64,000 nt of DNA from a virus, in the IMG/VR virus record IMGVR_UViG_3300027850_000002, positions 96,001 to 160,000 of that record; one strand, 5' to 3'. The notes under the pieces were generated by a model. The model had not been told where the DNA came from and did no database searches. It saw only the letters and a program-made list of their open reading frames with translations. Below are positions 45,816 through 55,662 of the stretch, piece by piece. A program made the position numbers and the translations under genes. The stretch's first letter is position 1; every line of letters starts with the position of its first letter.

Positions 45816-46310
45816 CTAGCAACCCGATGCAGTCGTCAACTCTTGATCCTGCCATTGCAGCTGCTTCACTTGACGTTTCACATGCGCCGCGTACTCAAGG
45901 CAGTTGAACGTTCCGCCTGCTGAGCCGTCGTGCACAGACAAGAGCAGGCTGCAGTGGTCGACCATCCACTCGTTACGTCGTTGCATCTTCCAAGGCTTGT
46001 ACGGTCCCGCGGAGACGACGTGGATCTCTTTTGCTTTGTTCAGGAGTGCTCGGTACCGCTCTTGAGAAGGCAGTGGCCAGTTCTCGCCCCACCCATCGCA
46101 AGGCAGCGCCGCGATGAACGGTATGCCCAGCTCGACGCATGTCTCGGCTGCCCAGGTATCGACACCGAGTGCCATGCCCGAGATTGCGTAGACTGGCCAG
46201 TTCGCGCAAAGGGCATTACGTAACGCAATACGGATGCACAATACGACGGGGTGAAGAGGGTCCCAGCCGCCCAACTTGTCTGGACGATGTCCCGTGAATG
46301 CAACAATCAC
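45816..46310 (-). CDS. YspA/SLOG-family protein (DUF1273-like)
   Basis: AFTGHRP, ISGMALGVD, RRNEWMVD, GGT. Confidence 0.85.
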   Translation of the reverse strand: MIVAFTGHRPDKLGGWDPLHPVVLCIRIALRNALCANWPVYAISGMALGVDTWAAETCVELGIPFIAALPCDGWGENWPLPSQERYRALLNKAKEIHVVSAGPYKPWKMQRRNEWMVDHCSLLLSVHDGSAGGTFNCLEYAAHVKRQVKQLQWQDQELTTASGC

Positions 46311-46328
46311 GCGTGGTACCGTCCGAGG

Positions 46329-46508
46329 ACGTTCACTCTCATTGCAGTTATTGTTGCCGTTGGTGTCATTGTGTGGGCGATCAACTACGCCATCCCGATG
46401 GAGCCGATGTTCAAGCGGGCGGTTACCGCGGTGGCTGTTGTATGTGTCGTACTTTACGCGCTGAAGGTCTTTGGCCTGTTCACAGGCCACATGCGTTTCC
46501 CGGGCTAA
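46329..46508 (+). CDS. two-TM Thivi_2564-like membrane protein (start uncertain)
   Basis: LIAVIVAVGVIVWAINYAIPMEPMFKRAVTAVAVVCVVLYALKVFGL; no nearby ATG/GTG. Confidence 0.55.
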   Translation, partial: TFTLIAVIVAVGVIVWAINYAIPMEPMFKRAVTAVAVVCVVLYALKVFGLFTGHMRFPG

Positions 46509-46852
46509 GGCTCATTCCGCCAGCCCGGCGGCAACCTGCAGTTCGTAGGAGCGGACTCGAACATCGGAGCGATTTCAGCTTCGGTGAAGCCTGCGAGTCC
46601 GCAACCAATCTTGACGACCTGGAACTCCAGTTCGGGGTGTTCGTGCGCGTACGCGACGAACGTTTTGACGGACGACGCGACGTCGTCGAGAGGGCGTACA
46701 CGAAGGTTCGCGTCCTTGGTCGGAATTGCGTAGGCCCTGCTGGTGCGGCCTTCGCCGACGCCGTAGACCGCGCCGTAGGTCTCGCGTGCCTCGAGCGCGG
46801 AGCCCTTGCCGTGGCGACCGGCGAGGTTGGAACCGAAGACGAAGATCTTCAA
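46505..46852 (-). CDS. conserved phage protein (A1S_2505-like, macro-like fold)
   Basis: IFVFGSNLAGRHGKG, YAIPT, IGCGLAG. Confidence 0.8.
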   Translation of the reverse strand: MKIFVFGSNLAGRHGKGSALEARETYGAVYGVGEGRTSRAYAIPTKDANLRVRPLDDVASSVKTFVAYAHEHPELEFQVVKIGCGLAGFTEAEIAPMFESAPTNCRLPPGWRNEP

Positions 46853-47196
46853 GGTCCCGTCATCCTCACACCGTGCAGCCGCCCGACATCCCGCACCTGC
46901 TTGACCACGTTCTCCCAGTGCTTGGAGCCGCTTCGCGTCAGCTCGCCTTCGACGATCCCGGGGTGTGTCTTTTTTTCTTCGTCCAGGACGCGGTCCCAGC
47001 GCCAGCCCTGCAACGTCATCGCGAGGAACCAGGCGCTGCGTGTGAAGTCAGGGCTGCCTGTGTTCAATGCAGCGTCTGCAACTGCGTAGGCGGCGACCCG
47101 ACGCCAATCCGGCGCCTCAGTCCACGGGACTGGATCGAAGTCGTGCTCGAGAGCGGCCTTCGCACACGTCGTGAAGTACTCGTCGTACGGCCTCAT
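46849..47196 (-). CDS. RyR-domain protein (diverged)
   Basis: WTEAPDW...GWRWDRVLDEEKKTHP. Confidence 0.65.
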   Translation of the reverse strand: MRPYDEYFTTCAKAALEHDFDPVPWTEAPDWRRVAAYAVADAALNTGSPDFTRSAWFLAMTLQGWRWDRVLDEEKKTHPGIVEGELTRSGSKHWENVVKQVRDVGRLHGVRMTGP

Positions 47197-47621
47197 GCCG
47201 GGCGCGGGGTGACCTGAAGGCTCTCACGCACATTCAGCGCCGTGCTCCCCATCACTGGGTGGTTGAGCGCCATCGCAACCGAGAGCACCGTGCTCACGAA
47301 CAGGAAGTCCTTTGCCTTCTGTTCTTCGGTCAGCTCGTCGTAGGGAACGAAGCACGGATGCTCCTTCTTCGTTGGGTCTTTCACCGCGCCGAACTTCCAA
47401 CCGTCCGCGGCCTTCTCTGCCAACCACGACTCGTGGGCCGCGCGAGGATTGTTCCCTGCGAACACGCCGTCAACGCCGTTGATCGCGCTCTTACGCTGCC
47501 AGTCCTCGGCTGCGCTCCAGGAGGGTTGGGTGAAGTCGCCCAGGGCCCTGCAGTAAGTCGCATTAACCTCGTGCGCAGCTTCCGCGCAAATCAATCGAAC
47601 CTCTTTACACGTTCGCGGCAT
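47193..47621 (-). CDS. RyR-domain protein
   Basis: HESWLAEKAADGWKFGAVKDPTKKEHPCFVPYDELTEEQKAKD. Confidence 0.85.
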   Translation of the reverse strand: MPRTCKEVRLICAEAAHEVNATYCRALGDFTQPSWSAAEDWQRKSAINGVDGVFAGNNPRAAHESWLAEKAADGWKFGAVKDPTKKEHPCFVPYDELTEEQKAKDFLFVSTVLSVAMALNHPVMGSTALNVRESLQVTPRPA

Positions 47622-48222
47622 TTCGCATTCTCTCGTGGTAGGCCTTCGTCGCCGCGCTCAATTTGGCGCGTTTCTCCGGTGTACATTTTTGGGCAGCCAT
47701 ACTCAATTTGGCACGATGTTCGTCGGACTGCGGTCCGAGTTTTTGTCCGCGCTTCATTAGACTGACCTTGGCGCGCACATCAGGACGCAGCATGGGGTTG
47801 CGTCCAATCAACGCAGTACGTTGTTTCGCGCGAAACGCCTCGGATCGAGGCGGACGTGTTCGTCCCGCGTTCGCCGCGCTGATCTTGGCACGTGTTTCGG
47901 CTGAAACGACTTTTCCGGGTGTGCCTTGACCGCCGTCAGTCGTGTTCGTTAACCGACAACCGATGGTACGAAAGAATTTAATCCAATACCGCTCAGCGGT
48001 CGCCCATTCCGTCAACGGGACTTCCTGCAAAAGTAGAATGATCGGAACCATCGTCAGTCGACGGAGTACCTCTAGCCATTGAGCGCGATGGAATGTCTTG
48101 TGTTTCTCGCGCAGGTGGCAAGCGAGACGTCTCTGAAGTGTCTTGTTCGTCCAACCCACGTAACGGATCTCCCCGTCGTGGGAGTCCACTAGCACGTAGA
48201 TTCGAGCAATCATCGACTCCAT
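47605..48222 (-). mobile_element. free-standing GIY-YIG homing endonuclease with NUMOD3 repeats
   Basis: IYVL..YVGWT..RLACH..E.YWI..LTN.TDGG; SAETRAKIS and SDEHRAKLS. Confidence 0.8.
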
Positions 48223-48300
48223 GTTTACCTCGCAAGCAAGGCCAGGTGCAAGGGGTCTCCATGCCGGAGAGCCATCCGTCGTCGTACGGAGACACGGACA

Positions 48301-48903
48301 TCAATCAGCGTCAGAAACGCCGCAAACCACGCACACATCGTTGGAGAAACGATGAATCGCACAGGACTCAGGAGAAACGAGCGTGGAGTGTTGAGCACCG
48401 CCGAAGTCCTGTGATGCGATGTCCGTAGGGGCGTCGAGCATGCCCATCAGCGACTTGAACCGTGTCATCTGATCGGGTCCCATACGGTCAACGACGATGC
48501 CGGCCTCCCGCAGGAAATCGGGAACATCGGCGCTCTTGCCGTAGCGGCTCTCGTAGTGCTCGTCGTAGCAGACCCTCGAGATGCCCGCATTGACGACGCG
48601 CTTGGCACAATCCCAACACGGAGTGACCGTTACGTAGAGCGTGCAGCCCTCCGCGAAGCGGCCCGCGAAATCGATCGCGTTCGACTCGGCGTGAAGGGTT
48701 CGTACACAGTGCCCTTCGACCATCTGGCAACCAACCTCATCGCACGATGGCTGGTGTCGGGGAGCGCCGTTGTAGCCTGTGGCCACGATACGGTGCGCCG
48801 AATCGGTGATGATCGCGCCAACGTGTTTGCGAGGGCAACTTGCCCGCATCGCAGCAACGTAAGCGAAGCGCATCATGTAGGTATCCCAATCAGGGCGAGA
48901 CAT
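48301..48903 (-). CDS. dCMP deaminase
   Basis: VGAII..ATGYNG, HAESNA, PCWDC. Confidence 0.9.
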   Translation of the reverse strand: MSRPDWDTYMMRFAYVAAMRASCPRKHVGAIITDSAHRIVATGYNGAPRHQPSCDEVGCQMVEGHCVRTLHAESNAIDFAGRFAEGCTLYVTVTPCWDCAKRVVNAGISRVCYDEHYESRYGKSADVPDFLREAGIVVDRMGPDQMTRFKSLMGMLDAPTDIASQDFGGAQHSTLVSPESCAIHRFSNDVCVVCGVSDAD

Positions 48904-49124
48904 CAGATGTCCTTCCGTTTGTAGGTCAAGACCAGCGTGAATTCGCCGGTGGGCTTGTATTCAACGCGGCCCGCCGCGTTGGACGTCGGCATCGCGTTCT
49001 GCGACGTTTCAATGTTGCCGAGGTCGTAGGAACTGTCCCGCAATCCTGCGGCGATGTGTTCAAGTGTCTTCACGGCATGGGCCGTCACTGCGGGTGCTCC
49101 TCGAAGCCGTCGGTAGGCCGCCAA
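48903..49124 (-). CDS. hypothetical protein
   Basis: Coupled ORF; start uncertain. Confidence 0.4.
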   Translation of the reverse strand: MAAYRRLRGAPAVTAHAVKTLEHIAAGLRDSSYDLGNIETSQNAMPTSNAAGRVEYKPTGEFTLVLTYKRKDI

Positions 49125-49396
49125 CCGGCTCGTTGAAACGGTGCAGTATGCGCTTCGTCGTCTTGGGAGACGTGCATGAAACGCGGCTGTCCGTCCTTCT
49201 CACCCAGAAAGACCGAGAGCGCACGTACCCATACAATGCCGTCGGGACCTGCGTAGATGACGACAGGTGCAAGCGTTGCTTCGTCGATGCCCGTAGCGAT
49301 TACGGTATAGCGGCGTCCCGTCTTCCCATGCAGCCAGCTCTGTCCAGGACAGACCTCGGATGCGTCAATCGTCTGCAACGCGTCTTCCTTCGTCAT
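49085..49396 (-). CDS. DUF1653-like protein
   Basis: WLHGKTGRRYTV..E.T..VVIY..WVR..F..RF. Confidence 0.7.
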   Translation of the reverse strand: MTKEDALQTIDASEVCPGQSWLHGKTGRRYTVIATGIDEATLAPVVIYAGPDGIVWVRALSVFLGEKDGQPRFMHVSQDDEAHTAPFQRAGWRPTDGFEEHPQ

Positions 49397-49630
49397 CCAC
49401 CGTCCGTATCACGCACGTCAGTCCACTGCCAACACCTTGCGTACGCACTCGCTAAATTCTTCGAAGGGATGCTCCGCGAATTTTCGACCGCACCCACCAC
49501 ATTGCTCTTGTTGTTGCCGTGTCTGTTCAAGACGTGCAATTGCCTTTAGAAACCGTTCATCCCATTCACGACGGAGCCGAGCGATTGGTTGCCATACACT
49601 CACGTGCGGTCTCCTAGATGGGATGTCCGG

Positions 49631-49975
49631 TCATCGGCCAGCCTTGGCCTCGTACAAAAAGAGCGGCATGCCGGTGGCCTCGTCGACGTAGGAGTAGAGG
49701 AATTTCAGATCGCCTGGATACTCGAGCGCTTTGCCGGCAGGCAACCACACGTACGAACGCTTGCGCGGTGTGGTGTCGGGATCCACTTCAAACACGAGGG
49801 CAGGCCGCGCGATCATCTCCGCTGCGGGCGGCTGTCCCATCGACGCGGGAATGATCGAGCTGGGAGGCTCGTATCCGGTAAGGATCGTACGGAGTACTCC
49901 CGGATCTTTCACTTCAAGCGTGAACGGCGAATAACTGTCGTTGGGTGAACTCAGGACTTCGATGGCGCGCTTCAT
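49631..49975 (-). CDS. hypothetical protein
   Basis: ATGA coupling. Confidence 0.6.
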   Translation of the reverse strand: MKRAIEVLSSPNDSYSPFTLEVKDPGVLRTILTGYEPPSSIIPASMGQPPAAEMIARPALVFEVDPDTTPRKRSYVWLPAGKALEYPGDLKFLYSYVDEATGMPLFLYEAKAGR

Positions 49976-50235
49976 GGCTGCCTCATATCACGGACGACCT
50001 CGAGCAGTTCAATCCGTTTCTCAAGAGACCGTGTGCGTTCGTGGCCCCAAAATTTGATCAGTGAGGACGCAACCAAGGCGATCGCAATAACAACAGTGGA
50101 CCAACGAATAGTGCGCCGTGCTTGAGCAATCGTCTCGGGTATAGACACACTCTTAGCAACGATTTCAAGAGCGCTAACCTGAAGTTTCAGATCGGCGAGA
50201 CTGCGGGATACTTGTTCGACGTCTTGCGGTGCCAC
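49972..50235 (-). CDS. small membrane protein
   Basis: Single TM. Confidence 0.5.
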   Translation of the reverse strand: MAPQDVEQVSRSLADLKLQVSALEIVAKSVSIPETIAQARRTIRWSTVVIAIALVASSLIKFWGHERTRSLEKRIELLEVVRDMRQP

Positions 50236-50239
50236 AAGT

Positions 50240-50566
50240 TCACGGAGTCACAACGGCAATCTCATCGGTCTCATACGCGACGAGAAAGGCCCGTTTATAC
50301 ATGCTGGGTAGGCTCAGGCTGGCGGGCTGTTGTACGCGCATGTTGTCGATAATGTTTTCCATCGCCATGAGCACAACGTTGATCGCTGTTGGAACAACGA
50401 TACGAACCGGATCTTGTGAAAGGGAGAGGTTGAGCGGGTCGGCGTCGGGGCGCGGTGCAGGCAGCGCGGGCACAGGCACGGACTGTGTGATCATGCCCTT
50501 CGTGGTGACCGTGACGCCGCGCCCCGACGGGGAGCCTTTTGAACCGTGTGCTCCGCCGTTGCTCAC
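50240..50566 (-). CDS. hypothetical protein
   Basis: Coupled to the upstream virion gene. Confidence 0.55.
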   Translation of the reverse strand: MSNGGAHGSKGSPSGRGVTVTTKGMITQSVPVPALPAPRPDADPLNLSLSQDPVRIVVPTAINVVLMAMENIIDNMRVQQPASLSLPSMYKRAFLVAYETDEIAVVTP

Positions 50567-51189
50567 TGGCGGACCGCCCGATGTGTTGCGATCTTGTTAG
50601 GACCTGTGTACGTGGTCGTGATGTTGAATGTCGCGAACTCGCCTTGGCCCGAGCCGCCGTCGGTGGCGAGAGCTGTAGCTGCGCCCGTTCGGAACACGCG
50701 TAGCCGCGCGAATATTTGTCCGTTCGGGTCAGTGTTGTTTGTCTGGTCCATGTAGAAGTTGCCTTGGAGAAGACCGGCGGCGACTGCGATCGCATCTCCG
50801 ACACTGCCGACGACGGCGTGTGCCGTGAGCAAGTCGTCGAGGACGGCAGCGGCGATCGCGGGTGCAAGAGGAAGATCGTCGGTGTTGCGCGTCAGGATGT
50901 TGAACGACGCGACGCCGCTGACCGGGCATCGTGCAGTCACGCCGCCGACAGTGACCTCGGCGTAGCTGCTGTACTCGTGACCCACGAGAAAGCCGTTGCC
51001 TGTCGTCAAGACCGCCTGAATCTCGTAAAGCCCGACAGCCTTCAACGCGACGACAGGCGCGTAGCCCATCGGCGTGCCTTGATCGAGGATCACACAGACC
51101 GGAAGGGAATCTGCGTTCTGTGCAGCGCCCGTTCCAAAATTCGCAGTCCCAAAGGTTCCGCGGAGGGTTTCACCAAGTTTGACGTACAT
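50563..51189 (-). CDS. putative virion/fibre-associated protein
   Basis: Ig-like N-terminus (GLYE..), IAAAVLDD linker. Confidence 0.55.
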   Translation of the reverse strand: MYVKLGETLRGTFGTANFGTGAAQNADSLPVCVILDQGTPMGYAPVVALKAVGLYEIQAVLTTGNGFLVGHEYSSYAEVTVGGVTARCPVSGVASFNILTRNTDDLPLAPAIAAAVLDDLLTAHAVVGSVGDAIAVAAGLLQGNFYMDQTNNTDPNGQIFARLRVFRTGAATALATDGGSGQGEFATFNITTTYTGPNKIATHRAVRQ

Positions 51190-54100
51190 CAGCCACCTCC
51201 ACGCAGAATGTTCGAACCCACCAAGACGCCGCCGCCGCCACTGCCGCCAGCAATGATCTCGAGCGGATCTTGCGCCAGGAGAAGCGGATCGACTTCAACC
51301 TCGACTTGACTCGGCAACACGATGATCGAGCCGGTCACCGCTTGAATGGGCACGCCAATCGAACTACGCGAACCGTCAGCCACTGTACGGAACTCGGTGT
51401 TGCCGCTGTACGGTCCTTGCGGGTCGACGCTGTTGAGCGGGACGCTGCCGTTCCAAGGTACAGCGAATGCGTGACGCGACTGATCGGTTTGATACAAGTT
51501 GTTCGTCTTGAACACGACCTTGTGCATCATGTAGTCGCGGGCAGTGCTCACCGTGATCGAAGTGCCGCCGTAGCCGTACGCTCGATCCGGCAAGTGCAAG
51601 AAGGACGATTCGCCCTTGATGCCACGACCCGCAGGCGCACCGCCGGTCTGTAACCACACCCACGGCCACAACCGCAGGTGGTTGCCTCCGACAGCAGGGT
51701 CACACCCAAAGAGTCCTCCGCCACCGCTACCACCACCCGCGATGGTGCCGTAGAGCGTCTCGTAGGTCGGAGAGCCGACGTTCGTCCAAAGCGCGTTCTC
51801 AGCAGTGAACGCCTCGCCGTAAAAAAACGCTGCGAAGGGTTGTGCGAACGGCGGGTAGTTGCTGTTTCCGCTGGAGTTGAATGCGCCCTGCATCCCGGAG
51901 AAGCCTTGTCCAGGCGAACTCCGCTGAGACACGTAGACAACGTACGGATCAGGGTCGGACGGGTCTGCGTTCTTGATCGGGTCATAGAACATGAACCCGG
52001 ACGCTGAGCCGTTGAACTTGCCGGTGTACCAGTGGTGTCCTGCGTGAACGAAGTGCGCACGACTTCGTGAGACGTCGTACGCGGTCGCGGCATATCCGTC
52101 GGAGCCTCCGGTGTATGGCAACGCCTGGCCTTGGTTGTTGCCAGTCGGCGCCTCGAAGAAGTCCGTCTCCTGTTGCCAACCAAACACGGTGTCGACACGG
52201 TCCCAGAAGTATCCAGGTCCAGGGATGAAGCCTGAGTAGTTGCGCCCGCCTGCCATCGCGAGAACACCGCGCGCGTTGTCAAACCACATCGACCCGCCGA
52301 CGCGCGGCAGGCTTGCCGGCAGAAACGTTTGCAGGACCCAATTTCCGCCGACCCATTTCCACGTATCGGTAGGAAAGATGCTGCCGTTGTACCCGCCGTA
52401 CAGCCACACATTCGTTCCATCGCCACACATCGCCACCGACTCGCGCGTCCCTGGATTGTTCGCGGGTGCGAGCAAAGTCCAGTTTGATCCGTTCCACGAG
52501 TACGTCGAGGACTGGAGTGTCGGAGAACCGTCGTAGCCTCCGTACAAGATGACGCGGTCGCCGGCGCCATCCCATGCCATCGCGTGAAGAAACCGTGTCG
52601 CGGGTGTCGTCACGGGAACGGCGTTCGTCCACGTCACGCCGTTGTACATCCACGTGTCCGAGAGTGCGCTGTTGTTGCGATCACGACCGCCGAAGAGCAC
52701 GACACGGCTGTTGGCCACGTCGTATGCCATCGAATGGTGGTACCGCGCTGACGGAGACGTTGTAGGAAAGATGCGTGTCCACTTCGTGCCGTCGAATTCC
52801 CATGTTCGATCGGTCGCGCCGTTTGGTGGCGTAACCGTGTCGTTGTATCCACCGAACCAGACGAGCACCTGTCGAACAGGGTCATAAACCATCTGTGAGC
52901 CGTGCCCAGCAGACGGAATGGCGCGGACAACACTCCACTGCGTACCGTTCCACAACCAGGTTTGGTTGCTGGTCTGGTTGCTGAACCCCCACGGAGCGTA
53001 GTCGTTTCCCGATGGAAACCCGGAATGCACAACCATACGTGCTCGATCAGAATCGAAACACGTAGCTGCACTGGCACGCCGACTCGGGGCACGTTCGTCC
53101 GGAAGCGAAAACGGTGTCGACGGTGATGCGACGGCCAGTGTCCAGTTCGTGCCGTTCCATGTGTATGTAGCACCGTCGTAGATGCCGCCAGCGAGCAACC
53201 CGCCCAACATCACAATCTTACCGTTGGTCGTGTCTGTCACCATCGCTTGCGTCGAGCGTGCTGGTGGTATGGTGCCCGGAGCAAGCAACGTCCACGTATT
53301 GGTCGCTGTATTGAACTCGTACGTCTGGCTGTTCGGGACTCCGCCGTTCTCGCCGCCGAACATGATGATGCGTCCGTTGGACGGGCTGATGCCCATGCCA
53401 GCGCCCGCGCATGCGGTCGGTGTTCCAACGGTTACGAGCAACGACCAATCCGTGCCGTCCCACTTCCAGGTGTCGTTCAGATACGTGCCACCCTGATCCT
53501 TGCCGCCGAACATGATGATCGCATCCGCCGCGGGCGACCACACCATGGATTGTTGCTGGCGTGCGGGCGGTGTCGTAGTGACTGTAGTCGATGGGTGCCA
53601 ACGCACGCCGTTCCAGATCATGGTCGTGGGCGTGGTTTCGATGTTGAAGTTGTCGATGAGGCCACCGAACAACACAACCTCTTGACGAGTCTCGTCGTAC
53701 GCCATCGCGCCATTGCGACGAGGCCGCGGAGATCCGTTCCACGAGACCGTCGCAGCTTTCCAATCCGTGCCGTCCCACAGCCATGTTTGGATGTCGACGA
53801 AGTTGCCGCCAAACAAAACGCCTCGCTGACGAGCCTTGTCGTAGGCCATCATCGCGCCATCAGCAGCCGGCGGTGAATGTGCCAGTGAGTCAGGGTTACT
53901 GTCCCCACTGGTATCGAGCACGACCCAATCGTCGACGGCCAGCCCGCCTGCAACGAACCACCCGTCAAGATTGTAGCCGTACCCGCCTGCCCACCATCCA
54001 TAGGGCGCAGCGTTGTCAGCGCTGATCGTGAACGTCTGATCCCCGTCTGGGTAGAGCGGGACGACGGCGAACGTCGGTGCTGCATCTGTTCCGCCACCGA

Positions 54101-54524
54101 CAATGATGTGCTCATCAACAGACGTCGGTGTTTCGATTGCGGACGGTGTTCCGCTCGTGAAAGGCGCAAACAGCGTGTACTTGATACGCCAACACAGGTT
54201 TGCAGAAAATCCAAGGAGGGGCGCGTACCCGAGTGTGTTGAGCGCTGCCGGATACACCGTGGCGTCGTCGACACGCTGAAAACAGAACATCGCACCGCTG
54301 TCCGGCTTCTTGATTACAAACCACGCGAGTGTGTTCGCCATGCCGCCTGCGCCTGCGCCTGCGGTCGTGATGACGTCGTTGACGTTGCCTGGCGTTGTAG
54401 AGAACGTCGTACCATCACTCGACGCTTGTACGACCCAACCGCAGCTCTTGAGCAACTGCTTGATTCGGAAGATCGCCTCCGCGAACGTGGCGGGAATGAA
54501 ATTGGCGTCGAATTGCATGGTCAT
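51189..54524 (-). CDS. fibre/receptor-binding protein with inserted Kelch beta-propellers
   Basis: Many MAYD..VLFGG..TWxWDG repeats flanked by a domain shared with the two upstream paralogs. Confidence 0.75.
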   Translation of the reverse strand: MTMQFDANFIPATFAEAIFRIKQLLKSCGWVVQASSDGTTFSTTPGNVNDVITTAGAGAGGMANTLAWFVIKKPDSGAMFCFQRVDDATVYPAALNTLGYAPLLGFSANLCWRIKYTLFAPFTSGTPSAIETPTSVDEHIIVGGGTDAAPTFAVVPLYPDGDQTFTISADNAAPYGWWAGGYGYNLDGWFVAGGLAVDDWVVLDTSGDSNPDSLAHSPPAADGAMMAYDKARQRGVLFGGNFVDIQTWLWDGTDWKAATVSWNGSPRPRRNGAMAYDETRQEVVLFGGLIDNFNIETTPTTMIWNGVRWHPSTTVTTTPPARQQQSMVWSPAADAIIMFGGKDQGGTYLNDTWKWDGTDWSLLVTVGTPTACAGAGMGISPSNGRIIMFGGENGGVPNSQTYEFNTATNTWTLLAPGTIPPARSTQAMVTDTTNGKIVMLGGLLAGGIYDGATYTWNGTNWTLAVASPSTPFSLPDERAPSRRASAATCFDSDRARMVVHSGFPSGNDYAPWGFSNQTSNQTWLWNGTQWSVVRAIPSAGHGSQMVYDPVRQVLVWFGGYNDTVTPPNGATDRTWEFDGTKWTRIFPTTSPSARYHHSMAYDVANSRVVLFGGRDRNNSALSDTWMYNGVTWTNAVPVTTPATRFLHAMAWDGAGDRVILYGGYDGSPTLQSSTYSWNGSNWTLLAPANNPGTRESVAMCGDGTNVWLYGGYNGSIFPTDTWKWVGGNWVLQTFLPASLPRVGGSMWFDNARGVLAMAGGRNYSGFIPGPGYFWDRVDTVFGWQQETDFFEAPTGNNQGQALPYTGGSDGYAATAYDVSRSRAHFVHAGHHWYTGKFNGSASGFMFYDPIKNADPSDPDPYVVYVSQRSSPGQGFSGMQGAFNSSGNSNYPPFAQPFAAFFYGEAFTAENALWTNVGSPTYETLYGTIAGGGSGGGGLFGCDPAVGGNHLRLWPWVWLQTGGAPAGRGIKGESSFLHLPDRAYGYGGTSITVSTARDYMMHKVVFKTNNLYQTDQSRHAFAVPWNGSVPLNSVDPQGPYSGNTEFRTVADGSRSSIGVPIQAVTGSIIVLPSQVEVEVDPLLLAQDPLEIIAGGSGGGGVLVGSNILRGGG

Positions 54525-54528
54525 GGGT

Positions 54529-55662
54529 TCACGTCAACGGCAGCGAGCCGTTCCAATCGAGGATGACCTTGCCCACGACGATCTTATCGCGTGAGGTGAC
54601 GGCCTTGAGTGCTTGTCCGTTGGAAAGATGTGCGTTGCAGAACTGCATCAACGACGACACCCCTTTGTAGCCGCGGATCATGCCGGGTGCAGACAATCCA
54701 AACCCGTCGGTGCCCACTTGAAATTGGGGGGCTGTGATTTTGTTGTTGTAGCTGTTGTACGACCAACCCATGGGGAGGCCGTACACGACAGGCCACCGAT
54801 CAACTTTGTTGTTGATCGGATTTTGCATTCGTCGTTCAGACGCTACGTAGTCCGGGAAGTGTGTTTGCATCGGAAGCCACGTCTCGACAGGGCCGCCGTA
54901 GTCGATGTACCCCCAGATCGAACTCTGTCCGGGTTGAAACGCGTATTGAAGCTCGTCGTCGAGAGCGTTTCCGTAACCCGCCCACGTGAAGTAGAACGCG
55001 TACGGATCGAGGTCTCCTGGAACAGCATGCATGATCGGGTCGAACACGGCGGCCCAGCCTGTGCGTCCGCTGAGGTGTCCGTCACCTTGCATGCCGTAGC
55101 CAACTATCCACCAGCCATACGGGGCAGCGTTGTCAGCCGCAATGTGGAAGATGGTGCCGGTGATGCGCTGCGACCCGAGCCACTCGGACCATTGAGGCGA
55201 CGCATCTGTTCCAAACCGTGCGGGGTCTGATCCGTATTTGCCGAGTACGAACTGTTCATCCAGCGCGTACGGAGTCTGGATGGCACTCGGTGTACCGCTG
55301 GTGAAGCCAACGTTGACGGAGTATTTGATTCGAAACCCCGTGGACTGCGGATTCGCGGTATCGCCCAATCGACGCTGAATCTGAAAACACAACTGTCGGT
55401 TGTCGTCGGGCTTCTTGATCACGAACCACGCGAAGTCTTGGTTCATCTTGTCAACGGTCGTGATGACATCATTGGCGTTGCCCGGCGTCGTGTTGAACGA
55501 CGTGCCGTCACTCGATGCTTGGATGACCCAGCCCACCGACTTCAAGTGCTCCTTCAGCGTGAAAAGCATTGTTGCATGTAGACCTGCGGTCCCCAGACCC
55601 CCACTGGTGCTCCAGTCAGGATCAAAGCCGCGCAGAATATTGTTTGCGCTGAATTGCATCAT
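54529..55662 (-). CDS. fibre-like paralog without Kelch
   Basis: LKSVGWVIQASSDGTSFNTTPGN.NDVITT, WFVIKKPD, ADNAAPYGWW, DPY, YKG.S. Confidence 0.7.
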   Translation of the reverse strand: MMQFSANNILRGFDPDWSTSGGLGTAGLHATMLFTLKEHLKSVGWVIQASSDGTSFNTTPGNANDVITTVDKMNQDFAWFVIKKPDDNRQLCFQIQRRLGDTANPQSTGFRIKYSVNVGFTSGTPSAIQTPYALDEQFVLGKYGSDPARFGTDASPQWSEWLGSQRITGTIFHIAADNAAPYGWWIVGYGMQGDGHLSGRTGWAAVFDPIMHAVPGDLDPYAFYFTWAGYGNALDDELQYAFQPGQSSIWGYIDYGGPVETWLPMQTHFPDYVASERRMQNPINNKVDRWPVVYGLPMGWSYNSYNNKITAPQFQVGTDGFGLSAPGMIRGYKGVSSLMQFCNAHLSNGQALKAVTSRDKIVVGKVILDWNGSLPLT

